Assembly (NCBI GenBank): GCA_963778555.1
Contig: CAVZUR010000004.1
Span: 180,151 to 244,150, forward strand
Direction of reading: 5' to 3'
Source of the DNA: Candidatus Moraniibacteriota bacterium
Lineage (GTDB): Bacteria > Patescibacteriota > Minisyncoccia > Moranbacterales > UBA1568
Length of the DNA stretch: 64,000 nt
Part shown: piece after piece, positions 18,394 through 27,723 of the stretch
How the letters are laid out: each line of letters starts with the position of its first letter
Numbering within the stretch: the first letter of the stretch is position 1
The notes under the pieces: model-generated
Seen by the model: the letters and a program-made list of their open reading frames with translations, nothing else
Told to the model about the DNA's origin: nothing
Database searches by the model: none
Program-made: the position numbers and the translations under genes

Positions 18394-19563
18394 TCAACGG
18401 GGAAGTGAAAGCGTAATCCCATTCCCCTCCCGGAGAACAGTAAGTACAAGCGGCGCATCAGCCGCTGCTTCATAGAGCGCGACTGAGAACGGCCAATCGA
18501 GATTTATCTCCCGGCCGTTGACCGCCGTCACGATATCGCCATACCGCAGTCCAGAACGTTCGGCCAGCGAACCGTCGATAACCGCTAACCCAGGATTTTC
18601 TGAAGGCGTGAAAATCAGCGCTCCCCGATCCCGCGACACTCCGTGCAAAAGTCCCGTCTCCTTCGTCAGCGTGACATAGTAGGCTCCGAAATTCGCGTGA
18701 CCAGCCCCAGCATCAACAATTATCCGCTGCAATGATTGCCGCAACGCATTAGCAGGTAAAATGAATGCCCGTTCTCGACCATCAAGCTGTATCGTTCCAA
18801 TAAGCCCGATGAGCTCGCCATTGATCGCGACGGCCGCGGCGCCGGTGAAATCTGCGTCGAGCGGACGATCCGGAAGGAATACCCCTTCCCATTCATCCGT
18901 CGAAGCAACCGTTTTTCCAGAAAGATTGAAAGCTCGGTCACGGGCACCGATATAGCCCGATGAAAGCGTCCCCTCTTCCGGATTGGAAAGACCTGACAGG
19001 GCGATAAAACGGCGGCCCGAACGCACATCCAAAGAATTTGCGAAACTTATCGCCGGCGTGTCGGCACGCTCAGTCCGAAAATAAGCAACATTCATGACCG
19101 AATCATACGCCAAAAATTCTGCTTGCGAAGCATTGCCATCGGAAAAAAATACGGTGAAACGGCGGTTTGCGGTCAGCGGGACCTCATTCGCATACGTCGC
19201 CACGACACCATCATTCGTGACCAGGACGCCCGACATTTCATCGGTCGCCATGCGGGCCAAAGTGCGCGCAGCCTTCTCCGACGGTACAGAAACGATACTT
19301 ACAGTCGCCGATCGAGGCGACGCGATGAAACGCTCCAAGCCCTCCTCTTGAGGAAAGGCGACCGGCTCCGACCGTTCAACCGCTGTCAGATCGCTCGAAG
19401 ACGGTGGCAACGGAAGATTTTTCGTCCATGACCACGCTGGCAGCCTGGATAAGAGTGCAGCGGAAAGTGTCACACCGAACGTCCCTGAAACGATGGTCAG
19501 GACGACAAAGAGGATGCCCCAGAGGAAAAATTTCTTCACGGCAGGTAAAAATCCCATAATCAA
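18394..19563 (-). CDS. HtrA-like pseudoprotease (trypsin fold + PDZ, catalytic triad replaced)
   Basis: Aligns to the neighbouring HtrA. His is replaced ('VTNDGVV' vs 'VTNKHVV'), Asp is replaced ('MNVAY' vs 'NDVAV') and Ser is replaced ('TGAAAV' vs 'GNSGGP'). The C-terminal PDZ-like segment is retained. Confidence 0.7.
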   Translation of the reverse strand: MIMGFLPAVKKFFLWGILFVVLTIVSGTFGVTLSAALLSRLPAWSWTKNLPLPPSSSDLTAVERSEPVAFPQEEGLERFIASPRSATVSIVSVPSEKAARTLARMATDEMSGVLVTNDGVVATYANEVPLTANRRFTVFFSDGNASQAEFLAYDSVMNVAYFRTERADTPAISFANSLDVRSGRRFIALSGLSNPEEGTLSSGYIGARDRAFNLSGKTVASTDEWEGVFLPDRPLDADFTGAAAVAINGELIGLIGTIQLDGRERAFILPANALRQSLQRIIVDAGAGHANFGAYYVTLTKETGLLHGVSRDRGALIFTPSENPGLAVIDGSLAERSGLRYGDIVTAVNGREINLDWPFSVALYEAAADAPLVLTVLREGNGITLSLPR

Positions 19564-19608
19564 TCTAGACGGGTTGTACCATATCCGAATCGTCCCGGCA
19601 ATGTTCCA

Positions 19609-20364
19609 TCAAGCACGCATGCGCCAGGGAGATGTTACCAGCAAAAGGATCAGGAGTGCCAGGAGAATCAAGCTTTCGACCAATATTCTCCGAAAGGCTA
19701 TCGTCCCCCGAAGGAAATCTAATGCGGCGCGCCACAGCACATGAAAAAAAATAAGCATCGCGGCACCAATCGTAAGATAGCTGAAGGGCCAGAAATGCAC
19801 CGTCCAGACTAGCTCGCCCATGACAGTCCCGAGTGACAGTGCTATGAGCAGCACTTCGTGAGCATCATCCTTCCCAGCCCAAAAAAGTGTCTGGAACGCG
19901 ACAATCGTAGTCGCCAGAAAGAACACGAGCATGAGCAAGGAAAGCGGAACAGCATAGTTGAGATACAAACCATATGCGGCGGCGTACGCGAAGAAGAGAC
20001 TAGCGTGAGCGGCCGTGTTGAGCAGTGCGCGAGCCGTTTCATCGCTCGGGATAAGCTTCAGTCGGTAGATGCCGAGCAGCGAACCGTAAAAAAGCAAGGC
20101 TGCGACCCAGACGAAGACGTGCCGCTCGAAAGCCACATCGATAAGCGACATGAGCAGGAGCGTGCTGAACGCGACGACACTCGGAAGAAATGCAGGGTAC
20201 CATTTGTCGGTCAACTGCCGAGAAGCGGCCATCGAGAGCAGTACGAATACTCCCGTCGATAGGCTGTACCAGGTCCAGGAAGGGACGATCGGCTCACGGA
20301 TGAGAAAGGTGAGCATCCCGAAAAACAGACCCGAGTAGAGGAAGACTGTGAAGTGGAAAATCAT
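19609..20364 (-). CDS. hypothetical integral membrane protein (7-8 TM)
   Basis: 251 aa, almost entirely hydrophobic helices. Lies between the two HtrA-family genes. Confidence 0.55.
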   Translation of the reverse strand: MIFHFTVFLYSGLFFGMLTFLIREPIVPSWTWYSLSTGVFVLLSMAASRQLTDKWYPAFLPSVVAFSTLLLMSLIDVAFERHVFVWVAALLFYGSLLGIYRLKLIPSDETARALLNTAAHASLFFAYAAAYGLYLNYAVPLSLLMLVFFLATTIVAFQTLFWAGKDDAHEVLLIALSLGTVMGELVWTVHFWPFSYLTIGAAMLIFFHVLWRAALDFLRGTIAFRRILVESLILLALLILLLVTSPWRMRA

Positions 20365-20509
20365 GGGCGGTTTTTCTGCTTGATCAGTGGCTCAAAGTCG
20401 AACTTCCCTCCTCCTGCTCAATCACGCGAAATCGCGAGCCTGCTTGAATCTTACCCGTGACAACGAGAGATGCCAAGCGATTGGAAACCGGACGGAAAAG
20501 CGGCTTTTC

Positions 20510-21826
20510 TTACTCCCCTAACTTCCGCTCCTCCAGCGTGACAGTGATGTCCTTTTCTTCCCCTTTGTGGAGCACGCGGAGCTGGATGACATCGCCGACC
20601 TGATGCGATCCGATAAGATTGGCGAGCGGATGCTCACTATCTACTTTCTCTCCATCAATCTCAAGTATGATGTCATTTTCGACGAGCCCTGCTTTATCAG
20701 CGGGCGAGCCAGGAATCACAGCCAGGTCCGTAATAGTCTGCCCACGCTGAATCAATGCGCCCGATGTGACGGGGAGCCCCGCCTGCGCGGCGATTGCCTT
20801 ATCCAACAGGACATAGCGGACACCGAGGTAGGGAACTGCGATCTTGCCAGTCCGCTTCACTTCGTCCACCGCGCGCTTGATCTGATTCACCGGAATCGCG
20901 AAGCCAATATTTTCCGCGCCCTGGGCGACCGCAACATTGATTCCAATCACTTCGCTCGAGAGGTTCAGCAGCGGCCCACCGGAATTTCCCGGATTAATCG
21001 CCGCATCGGTCTGGATGATGTCGCGCAAAATCTCTTCTTGCCCGTACGAAACTCCTGCCGTGACTTGGCGTTTCAGGCCGGAAATGATGCCGCGCGAAAC
21101 GGAGTTTGCGAACTCACCAAGCGGGTTGCCGATCGCGATCGCTGTCTGCCCGACATGAATCGTCTCCGAATCACCGAGTATCAACGCCGGAAATCCCTCG
21201 CCATTCACTTTGATGACCGCGACATCGTTCACGGGATCGAGAGCGAGAACAGTGGCCGGAAATTCCTTGCCATCGCTGGTGATGACCGTATAGTCTGCTT
21301 TGGCATCCGAAACAACATGTTTATTCGTCACGATGTAGCCGTCCGCACTGACCAAAAATCCGGAACCATGACCGACTGTCTGTTTGGTCGATTCGCCCAC
21401 TGAATCTTCCGCGCTCGGAACATTGAACAACGGAAAACCAAACGGCGAGCGAAAGATATTCCGGACCTTCGGCACATCCTTGGAGATGACGATACTCACT
21501 ACGGCAGGCGATGCGCGCTCGACGACATTCACGATCGCCCGGTCCTCAAGGGGAACAGAAGAATCTGACTGAGTCTTTTGATCCGACAGACGAGACGACT
21601 CCGGCGTGAAAAGTGTCGCGATTACTGAAACCGAATCTAACCGCGCCATGTAGCCGCCCAAGAGCCCGAATACGAAGGCGAGGAGAATAATAGAAAACCA
21701 GGGAACACGCGGGCCGGAGGAAGGAATGGTCGGCGCAGACGGTGGGATGGGGTTTTCCAGAGTAGCTGTTTCTGGCGCGACGGCGCCGGACTCGGAAATC
21801 GGCGTGATCGGATTTTGGTTTTGCAT
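20510..21826 (-). CDS. htrA: serine protease HtrA/DegP (S1C) with PDZ domain
   Basis: N-terminal TM. 'IVTNKHVV' (His), 'NDVAVIKV' (Asp), 'DAAINPGNSGGPLLN' (Ser). C-terminal PDZ. Confidence 0.85.
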   Translation of the reverse strand: MQNQNPITPISESGAVAPETATLENPIPPSAPTIPSSGPRVPWFSIILLAFVFGLLGGYMARLDSVSVIATLFTPESSRLSDQKTQSDSSVPLEDRAIVNVVERASPAVVSIVISKDVPKVRNIFRSPFGFPLFNVPSAEDSVGESTKQTVGHGSGFLVSADGYIVTNKHVVSDAKADYTVITSDGKEFPATVLALDPVNDVAVIKVNGEGFPALILGDSETIHVGQTAIAIGNPLGEFANSVSRGIISGLKRQVTAGVSYGQEEILRDIIQTDAAINPGNSGGPLLNLSSEVIGINVAVAQGAENIGFAIPVNQIKRAVDEVKRTGKIAVPYLGVRYVLLDKAIAAQAGLPVTSGALIQRGQTITDLAVIPGSPADKAGLVENDIILEIDGEKVDSEHPLANLIGSHQVGDVIQLRVLHKGEEKDITVTLEERKLGE

Positions 21827-21853
21827 AGGTGCGAGGTTACTGCGTTGGTGAGA

Positions 21854-22909
21854 TTAGAAGAGGAGACTCGGATCATTTTCCGCATTTTCACGGAACTTCT
21901 TTTCGAAATCCTTCATTTCAGCGGACCGGAATTCCACCCTCGCGGCCTCTCTCTGCCATTCGTACTCCTCAGAGAAAATCCGGATCGGCAGTCCTTTCAT
22001 CTGTTCCGCGATCCAATCAGTAAAACTCACCTTCCGGGTAAAAATCTGCCGGATATGGAACAGGCGCTGCTCGTTTTCAAGCTTCGTCTCTTCCACGAGG
22101 ACAATATGATACCCGAGCGGACTTTCGATGGTTCCGGTCGGAACTTTAATTTTCGCGTTGTCTACCGGTCCCCGAAGCTCAGGCGACAAATCCTCGAGCC
22201 GGAACCAGCCGAGCTCACCGCCATCAGCGCGTGTTTCACCCTCCGAGTAGCTGCGGACAACCTCGTCAAATGTCTTTTTGCTCTTCAGCGCCTTTTCTGC
22301 CTCCGCTATCCGCTCCTCCGCTTGCGTATGATCGACTTCTTTTTCGTAGGCGCTGTACAACGCTTCTTCATACAGAGCCGGACGGACAATCTTCTCTTGA
22401 AAATCAGCGATGCTCCAATTATAGAGACGGGCGAGCATCGCCTCAACCTTGTCGACCGTCCCCAATTCCTTCATCTTGTTCGTCGTTGCTTCCACCACTT
22501 GCTGGCTCGTCACGGCGATCCCCCGGTCGCGGGCCAAGAGTTCGATCACTTTGTCCTCGAGCATTTTATTAAGAAGGTCTTTTTCCCGCAGTTTGAGACG
22601 CTTCTGGCCATCAGGCGTTGTAAAATCGACGCGCATGCCGATCTGAGAAAAGTCTTGCGACTCATAGAAGTGACGGATAGCAGTTCGATTCTCTGCCAAT
22701 CCAGTGGTCGTCACGGCCACTCCCTGGCCGATAAAGATAATCGGGAAAGGAAAACGATTTGTGAAAAGACGTCCCAGGGCGCTCTCTGGCAGTTTATATA
22801 CGAGTATCAGCACGCCCAGAGCAAGCAAGACGAACAATATGATGGCCGCCAAGACCACTTTCGGCCAATGGGGAGTGAACGGTTTTATCGGGAGTCGCAC
22901 TTCAGCCAT
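21854..22909 (-). CDS. peptidyl-prolyl cis-trans isomerase, parvulin type (PrsA/SurA-like), membrane-anchored
   Basis: N-terminal TM. C-terminal 'GGELGWFRLEDLSPEL...PTGTIESPLGYHIVLVEE' is a PpiC signature. Confidence 0.75.
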   Translation of the reverse strand: MAEVRLPIKPFTPHWPKVVLAAIILFVLLALGVLILVYKLPESALGRLFTNRFPFPIIFIGQGVAVTTTGLAENRTAIRHFYESQDFSQIGMRVDFTTPDGQKRLKLREKDLLNKMLEDKVIELLARDRGIAVTSQQVVEATTNKMKELGTVDKVEAMLARLYNWSIADFQEKIVRPALYEEALYSAYEKEVDHTQAEERIAEAEKALKSKKTFDEVVRSYSEGETRADGGELGWFRLEDLSPELRGPVDNAKIKVPTGTIESPLGYHIVLVEETKLENEQRLFHIRQIFTRKVSFTDWIAEQMKGLPIRIFSEEYEWQREAARVEFRSAEMKDFEKKFRENAENDPSLLF

Positions 22910-22931
22910 AAAGAGAAATACGTTTCATGAG

Positions 22932-23333
22932 TTAGCGTGGGCGCTCATTGAAGAACCGCGACCACCACTTGAGATAATTCGGTGTTTCCCAGGCGACTGT
23001 CCGTATGTCCGCCGTATCGGTCAGATCCGTGCTGTCTTTCTGCGAAAAGCGAGTCTCACCCTCGACGGATATCATTTCCTCTTCCTGACGCCGGAGTCCG
23101 AGCTTTTCCTTCGCTTCGCCTTCTTTGAAATTCGGTGAAGCGAAATACTGGATCTTCTCGGAAAGCGTCTCATTCTCACGTGCGACACGCTCGGCCTCGG
23201 TCCTGAGCACTGCGATTTCGTTCTCGATCCGAACGCTCCGCTCGTATTGACGCAAACTCGCCCAACCCGCTGCCGTGCCCGCTCCCAAGGCGATGACCAG
23301 CCCCAAGCGCAGCCATGGAGAACGCCAACGCAT
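22932..23333 (-). CDS. FtsB/DivIC-like septum formation initiator
   Basis: Start placed at MRWRSPW. TM 'LGLVIALGAGTAAGWA' followed by coiled coil 'ENEIAVLRTEAERVARENETLSEKIQY'. Confidence 0.45.
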   Translation of the reverse strand: MRWRSPWLRLGLVIALGAGTAAGWASLRQYERSVRIENEIAVLRTEAERVARENETLSEKIQYFASPNFKEGEAKEKLGLRRQEEEMISVEGETRFSQKDSTDLTDTADIRTVAWETPNYLKWWSRFFNERPR

Positions 23334-23490
23334 ACGGCTAATAGAGGAAAAAAGGCGCGACGAGAAAGAGCACCATGGACAGCGCAACGAAGGCCGAAAT
23401 GACGACCCAGGCAAAATAAATCTTCTTGTGCCGTGATTTGAAGCTCATAGGCTGTTCCTCGGCCAGTATATCATAGCGCAAGCCGCTGAC

Positions 23491-24513
23491 TCAACGGTCG
23501 GGGCTGAGCTCGATAAAAGTATCACAGCGGTCACTGTGTCCCGCTATGAAATTCATGAGAATTTCTCGGACCTCCCGTCCATCATGGGTCCGCATCAGTT
23601 CCGCACGCATTTCCCGTGCACCAGAGAATCCGACGACATAGGCCTGGAAATGTTTTTTCAAAAGCTCAAAGCTTTTCGTCTTGCCCCAAGTTACTTCGAA
23701 CAGCTCCGTCAAAACGATAATCGCTTCCAGCCGCTCACGGACCGTAGCACGCGTCTTCGCTTCATCGAAAAGCCAAGGGTTGCCGAAGACTCCCCGCCCG
23801 AGCATGATCCCATCACAGCCGGTCGCTTCGACTTTCTCTCTCGCGTCCCGCATATCGGTCACATCGCCATTGCCGACTATGAGTGTACCGCTCCCCTTTG
23901 CCAGTTCGACTGCCTGAACCATCCGGTCCCAGTGCGCCGGGACAAGCGACTGTTCCTTCTTGGTCCGAAGATGCAGTATGATTGCCGCCGGCTTCACCTC
24001 CAAAATTTTTGGCAGCCACGTCCCCAGCTCATCCCGATTGTATCCGAGACGCGTTTTCACCGTGACCGGTATTGGTGCTCCGCCGTTGGCGCGCACGCCC
24101 TCCATCGCCGCGCGAATGACGGCTTGCGCCATTGCCGGGTCCTGCATACACGCCGCCCCGGCTCCCTGTTTCATAACATTCCGATCCGGACATCCCATAT
24201 TGATATCCAGCCCATCAAAACCGAGTTTTTTAATGAGCTTGGCCGCTTCAAACATGTTCTCCGGATAGCCGGTAAAGAGCTGAGCCACGATCGGCCGTTC
24301 ATTCTCGCCGAAGCGCAGGTCACGGAGAAGCGCTTCTCGGCCCTTCGGGTGGCATAAGCCATCGGCTGCGACGAATTCGGTCCACAGAACATCTGGTTTC
24401 CGATACTTCACGATGAATTGGCGGAAGCTGTAATCGGTGATATTTGCCAGTGGCGCCAATATAAAAAACGGTCGAGGCAACTTCGCCCAAAATCCAAGAT
24501 GGGGTGTTTCCAT
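23491..24513 (-). CDS. dus: tRNA-dihydrouridine synthase
   Basis: 'LAPLANITD', 'GFDGLDINMGCP' (catalytic Cys), 'VTVKTRLG'. TIM-barrel Dus family. Confidence 0.85.
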   Translation of the reverse strand: METPHLGFWAKLPRPFFILAPLANITDYSFRQFIVKYRKPDVLWTEFVAADGLCHPKGREALLRDLRFGENERPIVAQLFTGYPENMFEAAKLIKKLGFDGLDINMGCPDRNVMKQGAGAACMQDPAMAQAVIRAAMEGVRANGGAPIPVTVKTRLGYNRDELGTWLPKILEVKPAAIILHLRTKKEQSLVPAHWDRMVQAVELAKGSGTLIVGNGDVTDMRDAREKVEATGCDGIMLGRGVFGNPWLFDEAKTRATVRERLEAIIVLTELFEVTWGKTKSFELLKKHFQAYVVGFSGAREMRAELMRTHDGREVREILMNFIAGHSDRCDTFIELSPDR

Positions 24514-24534
24514 AGTTTTCCTAGACTATCAAGA

Positions 24535-24563
24535 TTGACAGCTCCAATCAACATTGGTACTCT
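24535..24563 (+). promoter_or_regulatory. candidate sigma70-type promoter of the suf operon (TTGACA-17-TACTCT)
   Basis: 'ttgaca' 24535-24540, 17-nt spacer, 'tactct' 24558-24563, ~25 nt upstream of the Rrf2 ATG. Divergent from dus. Confidence 0.35.
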
Positions 24564-24588
24564 AAAGCAGACTTAATTAGTCCGCTTT

Positions 24589-24996
24589 ATGAAAGTATCA
24601 AAAAAGGCTTATTACGGGCTCCGCGCCGCCATCGCCCTCGCTCAGTCTGCTCACGGATTCTCCATCCATGCCTTGGCTGAATCCGAACATCTGCCGGAAG
24701 ACTATCTTGAAAAGATTCTCCAAGCCCTGCGCAAAGCTGGCCTCGTAGAAGCGACCAAGGGTGTCGCCGGTGGCTACACCCTGGCACGACCAGCCAAAGA
24801 TATGAGCGCCTGGGATATTCTCCGTGTCCTCGACGGACCGATCGAGATGTTTTCGCCACCCGTCACCGGTTCTCTTCCCTGCCTCCAGGTGAGCCACTGC
24901 CAATCGAACCAGGTCTGGCGAACCCTCGAAGAGAAGATCGAGCAAACGCTCTCCGAGATTTCGCTCGAGCACATTTCACAAACAATTTCCCGCTAG
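24589..24996 (+). CDS. Rrf2-family transcriptional regulator (IscR/SufR-like)
   Basis: 'KAYYGLRAAIALA' wHTH start, 'GVAGGYTLARPAKDMSAWDIL'. First gene of the suf operon. Confidence 0.8.
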   Translation: MKVSKKAYYGLRAAIALAQSAHGFSIHALAESEHLPEDYLEKILQALRKAGLVEATKGVAGGYTLARPAKDMSAWDILRVLDGPIEMFSPPVTGSLPCLQVSHCQSNQVWRTLEEKIEQTLSEISLEHISQTISR

Positions 24997-24997
24997 T

Positions 24998-25714
24998 ATG
25001 CTCTCTATTCAAAACTTGTCCGTCTCGGTTGAAGGGAAGAAGATTATCGATAACTTTACGTTCACCTTCAATCCAGGCAAAACCTACGCCCTCATGGGTC
25101 CGAACGGATCCGGCAAATCGACTCTCGCGAGCGCCATTATGGGCCATCCACACTATCGCCTTTCGAGAAATGCGAGAATACTCATTGGAAAAAAGAATCT
25201 GAAACATCTCTCGCCTGATAAGCGTGCCGGTCTCGGTGTATTCCTCTCTTTCCAGACGCCGATGGAGCTCGCTGGTGTGACGGTCTTCGAACTGCTGCGC
25301 CTCGCGCTCGAGAAAACTATCGAACCCGTGAAGCTTCACGGGCTCGTGGCACAACACGCTAAGGAACTACATATCAAAGATGATCTCCTCAAGCGTTCGC
25401 TCAACGCTGGATTCTCCGGCGGTGAAAAAAAGAAACTCGAAGCGCTCCAGGCCGTTCTCCTCGCTCCACGCTTCGCTATTTTTGATGAGATCGATACTGG
25501 CGTCGATGTCGATGCTCTGAAGACTATCTTCAAGTTCCTCGCCCGACACCTCCCAAAAGAGACAACGCTCGTATTCATTACGCATTCTCCTCGGCTTCTT
25601 AAAGCAATCCATCCGGATAAGATTCTCGTGCTCCGTGATGGACGCCTAGTGAAGACCGGCACCGCGGCGCTTGCGAAACAGATCGAAGCCAGAGGGTTTG
25701 CCACGATTGCATAA
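24998..25714 (+). CDS. sufC: Fe-S cluster assembly ATPase
   Basis: 'GPNGSGKSTL' Walker A, 'LSGGEKKK' signature, 'FDEIDTGVD' Walker B. Confidence 0.9.
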   Translation: MLSIQNLSVSVEGKKIIDNFTFTFNPGKTYALMGPNGSGKSTLASAIMGHPHYRLSRNARILIGKKNLKHLSPDKRAGLGVFLSFQTPMELAGVTVFELLRLALEKTIEPVKLHGLVAQHAKELHIKDDLLKRSLNAGFSGGEKKKLEALQAVLLAPRFAIFDEIDTGVDVDALKTIFKFLARHLPKETTLVFITHSPRLLKAIHPDKILVLRDGRLVKTGTAALAKQIEARGFATIA

Positions 25715-25719
25715 CACCC

Positions 25720-27126
25720 ATGACTCTCCCCAACAAACAATCAGTCGATCTCGGAGACTATCGGTATGGCTTTGCGATGCCCGAACGCTCCGTCCACAAA
25801 ACGAGCGCCGGTTTGGACACAGCAACCGTCGCCGAAATCTCAGGCGTCAAGAATGAGAGGAAATGGATGCGTGATTTCCGCTTGCGCAGCTATCAGACCT
25901 TTCTCGAGAAACCGATGCCCAACTGGGGCGCCGACCTCTCCGGCATTGACTTCGATAAAATCACCTATTATCTGAAGGCCACATCCGAACAGTCGCAAAC
26001 CTGGGAAGACTTGCCGAAAGAAATCCGTGAGACTTATGACAAGATCGGCGTGCCGGAAGCGGAAAAGAATTTTCTCGCCGGTGTTTCCGCCCAGTACGAG
26101 TCTGAAGTCGTCTACGAGAGCGTCCATAAGGAGCTGACTAAGCTCGGCGTCGTCTTCTGTGATATGGATACGGCCGTGAAGAAATATCCGAAAATCGTGA
26201 AGGAATATTTCGGCACGCTCATTCCGCCTCACGACAACAAATTCGCCGCACTCAATTCCGCCGTCTGGTCGGGCGGCTCATTCGTTTATGTTCCAAAGGG
26301 CGTCAAAGTGGATCTTCCTCTCCAGGCATATTTCCGCATCAATGCCGAAGCGTTCGGACAATTTGAACGCACCCTCATCATCGCCGAAGAGGGCAGCTCG
26401 GTGCACTACATCGAAGGCTGCACCGCGCCGATCTATCGCTCGAGCTCACTTCACTCAGCGGTCGTCGAGATCTTCGTGAAGAAGAATGCGCGCGTCCGCT
26501 ATACCACTGTCCAGAACTGGTCCAAGAATATCTACAACCTCGTCACCAAACGTGCCCGGGCCGAAGAGAATGCCGTCATGGAATGGATCGATTGCAATAT
26601 CGGCTCGGGTGTCACCATGAAGTACCCAGCCGTCTACCTCGCCGGGCGTGGCGCTCGGGGCGAAGTCTTATCAATCGCCTACGCGGGCCGCGACCAGCAT
26701 CAGGACGCCGGAGCGAAAATGGTCCACCTGGCGCCCGATACCACCTCGCGTGTCGTTTCGAAGTCGATTTCCAAAGATGGAGGACGAACCTCGTACCGCG
26801 GACTGGTACACATCGCCCAGGGAGCGACGAATGCCAAAGCCTCAGTCGTTTGCGATGCGCTCCTCCTCGATGAACATTCGCGCTCCGATACGTATCCCAC
26901 GATGCGCATCCATGAAGCGACGGCTTCAGTCGAACACGAGGCGACCGTCGAACGGATCGGCGAAGAAAGACTTTTCTATCTCACTTCGCGAGGGATCACA
27001 AAGGGTGATGCCGAAGGACTCCTCGTCAACGGCTTCATCGACTCGGTCGCGAAGGAAATCCCGCTAGAATACTCGATTGAGTTGAACCGATTGATTAATT
27101 TAGAAATGAAAGGGTCAATTGGATAA
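25720..27126 (+). CDS. sufB: Fe-S cluster assembly protein
   Basis: 468 aa. 'HYIEGCTAPIY' and C-terminal 'RIHEATASVEHEATV...EERLFYLTSRGI' typical of SufB. Confidence 0.9.
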   Translation: MTLPNKQSVDLGDYRYGFAMPERSVHKTSAGLDTATVAEISGVKNERKWMRDFRLRSYQTFLEKPMPNWGADLSGIDFDKITYYLKATSEQSQTWEDLPKEIRETYDKIGVPEAEKNFLAGVSAQYESEVVYESVHKELTKLGVVFCDMDTAVKKYPKIVKEYFGTLIPPHDNKFAALNSAVWSGGSFVYVPKGVKVDLPLQAYFRINAEAFGQFERTLIIAEEGSSVHYIEGCTAPIYRSSSLHSAVVEIFVKKNARVRYTTVQNWSKNIYNLVTKRARAEENAVMEWIDCNIGSGVTMKYPAVYLAGRGARGEVLSIAYAGRDQHQDAGAKMVHLAPDTTSRVVSKSISKDGGRTSYRGLVHIAQGATNAKASVVCDALLLDEHSRSDTYPTMRIHEATASVEHEATVERIGEERLFYLTSRGITKGDAEGLLVNGFIDSVAKEIPLEYSIELNRLINLEMKGSIG

Positions 27127-27128
27127 CT

Positions 27129-27719
27129 ATGCGCTCATTCGATATCTCCGCCGATCGAAAAACAACCTATCGCCTCGCAGCCAACGAGCACGTAGTGTTT
27201 TTCATGCAGAATCGGACAGGAGCGATCACGATCGAACTCACAGGTCCGGGGGCCGCGGCCCATGTCTTCGCGCTCTATACTGGTGACGGCGACTCAAAAC
27301 AATCGCTCACTCTCACGCAAAAACATCTCGCGCCCGATACTACCTCCAGTGCGCTCATTAAAACGACACTCGCCGGAAGGGCATCGTTCCATTATGATGG
27401 CGCCATCCGGATTGCCAAACAGGCTCATCGCTCGGACGCCTCCCAAGAAAGTCGATCGCTGCTTCTGTCGACCGAAGCGCGAGCGTATTCCCGCCCATCG
27501 CTTGAGATTCTTGCTCACGATATCGCCTGTCATCATGCGGCAGCAACTGGTCCACTGAATGAAGAGGCGCTCTTTTTCGCCGAATCGCGCGGTCTGTCCC
27601 GGTCCGCTGCCAAAAAGCTCCTCGTGCAGGGATTTTTCCATGAAGCCTTCGGACGGATGGAAAAGCTCGGGATCGAGACGTCGCTGTTCGAGGAAAAGTT
27701 TGAACCCGCGACGGTCTAA
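27129..27719 (+). CDS. sufD: Fe-S cluster assembly protein SufD (short form)
   Basis: 196 aa. beta-helix-like repeats and 'ACHHAAATGPLNEEALFFAESRGL' matching the SufB/D C-terminal region. Confidence 0.7.
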   Translation: MRSFDISADRKTTYRLAANEHVVFFMQNRTGAITIELTGPGAAAHVFALYTGDGDSKQSLTLTQKHLAPDTTSSALIKTTLAGRASFHYDGAIRIAKQAHRSDASQESRSLLLSTEARAYSRPSLEILAHDIACHHAAATGPLNEEALFFAESRGLSRSAAKKLLVQGFFHEAFGRMEKLGIETSLFEEKFEPATV

Positions 27720-27723
27720 ACCT

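Noticed and set aside
20567-21403. 278-aa plus-strand ORF
   Set aside because: It is antisense to htrA, which has an intact catalytic triad. There is no independent evidence for it.
21815-22930. 371-aa plus-strand ORF
   Set aside because: It is antisense to the parvulin PPIase gene. Its low-complexity translation rules it out.
23536-24357. 273-aa plus-strand ORF
   Set aside because: It is antisense to dus, which is the real gene here.
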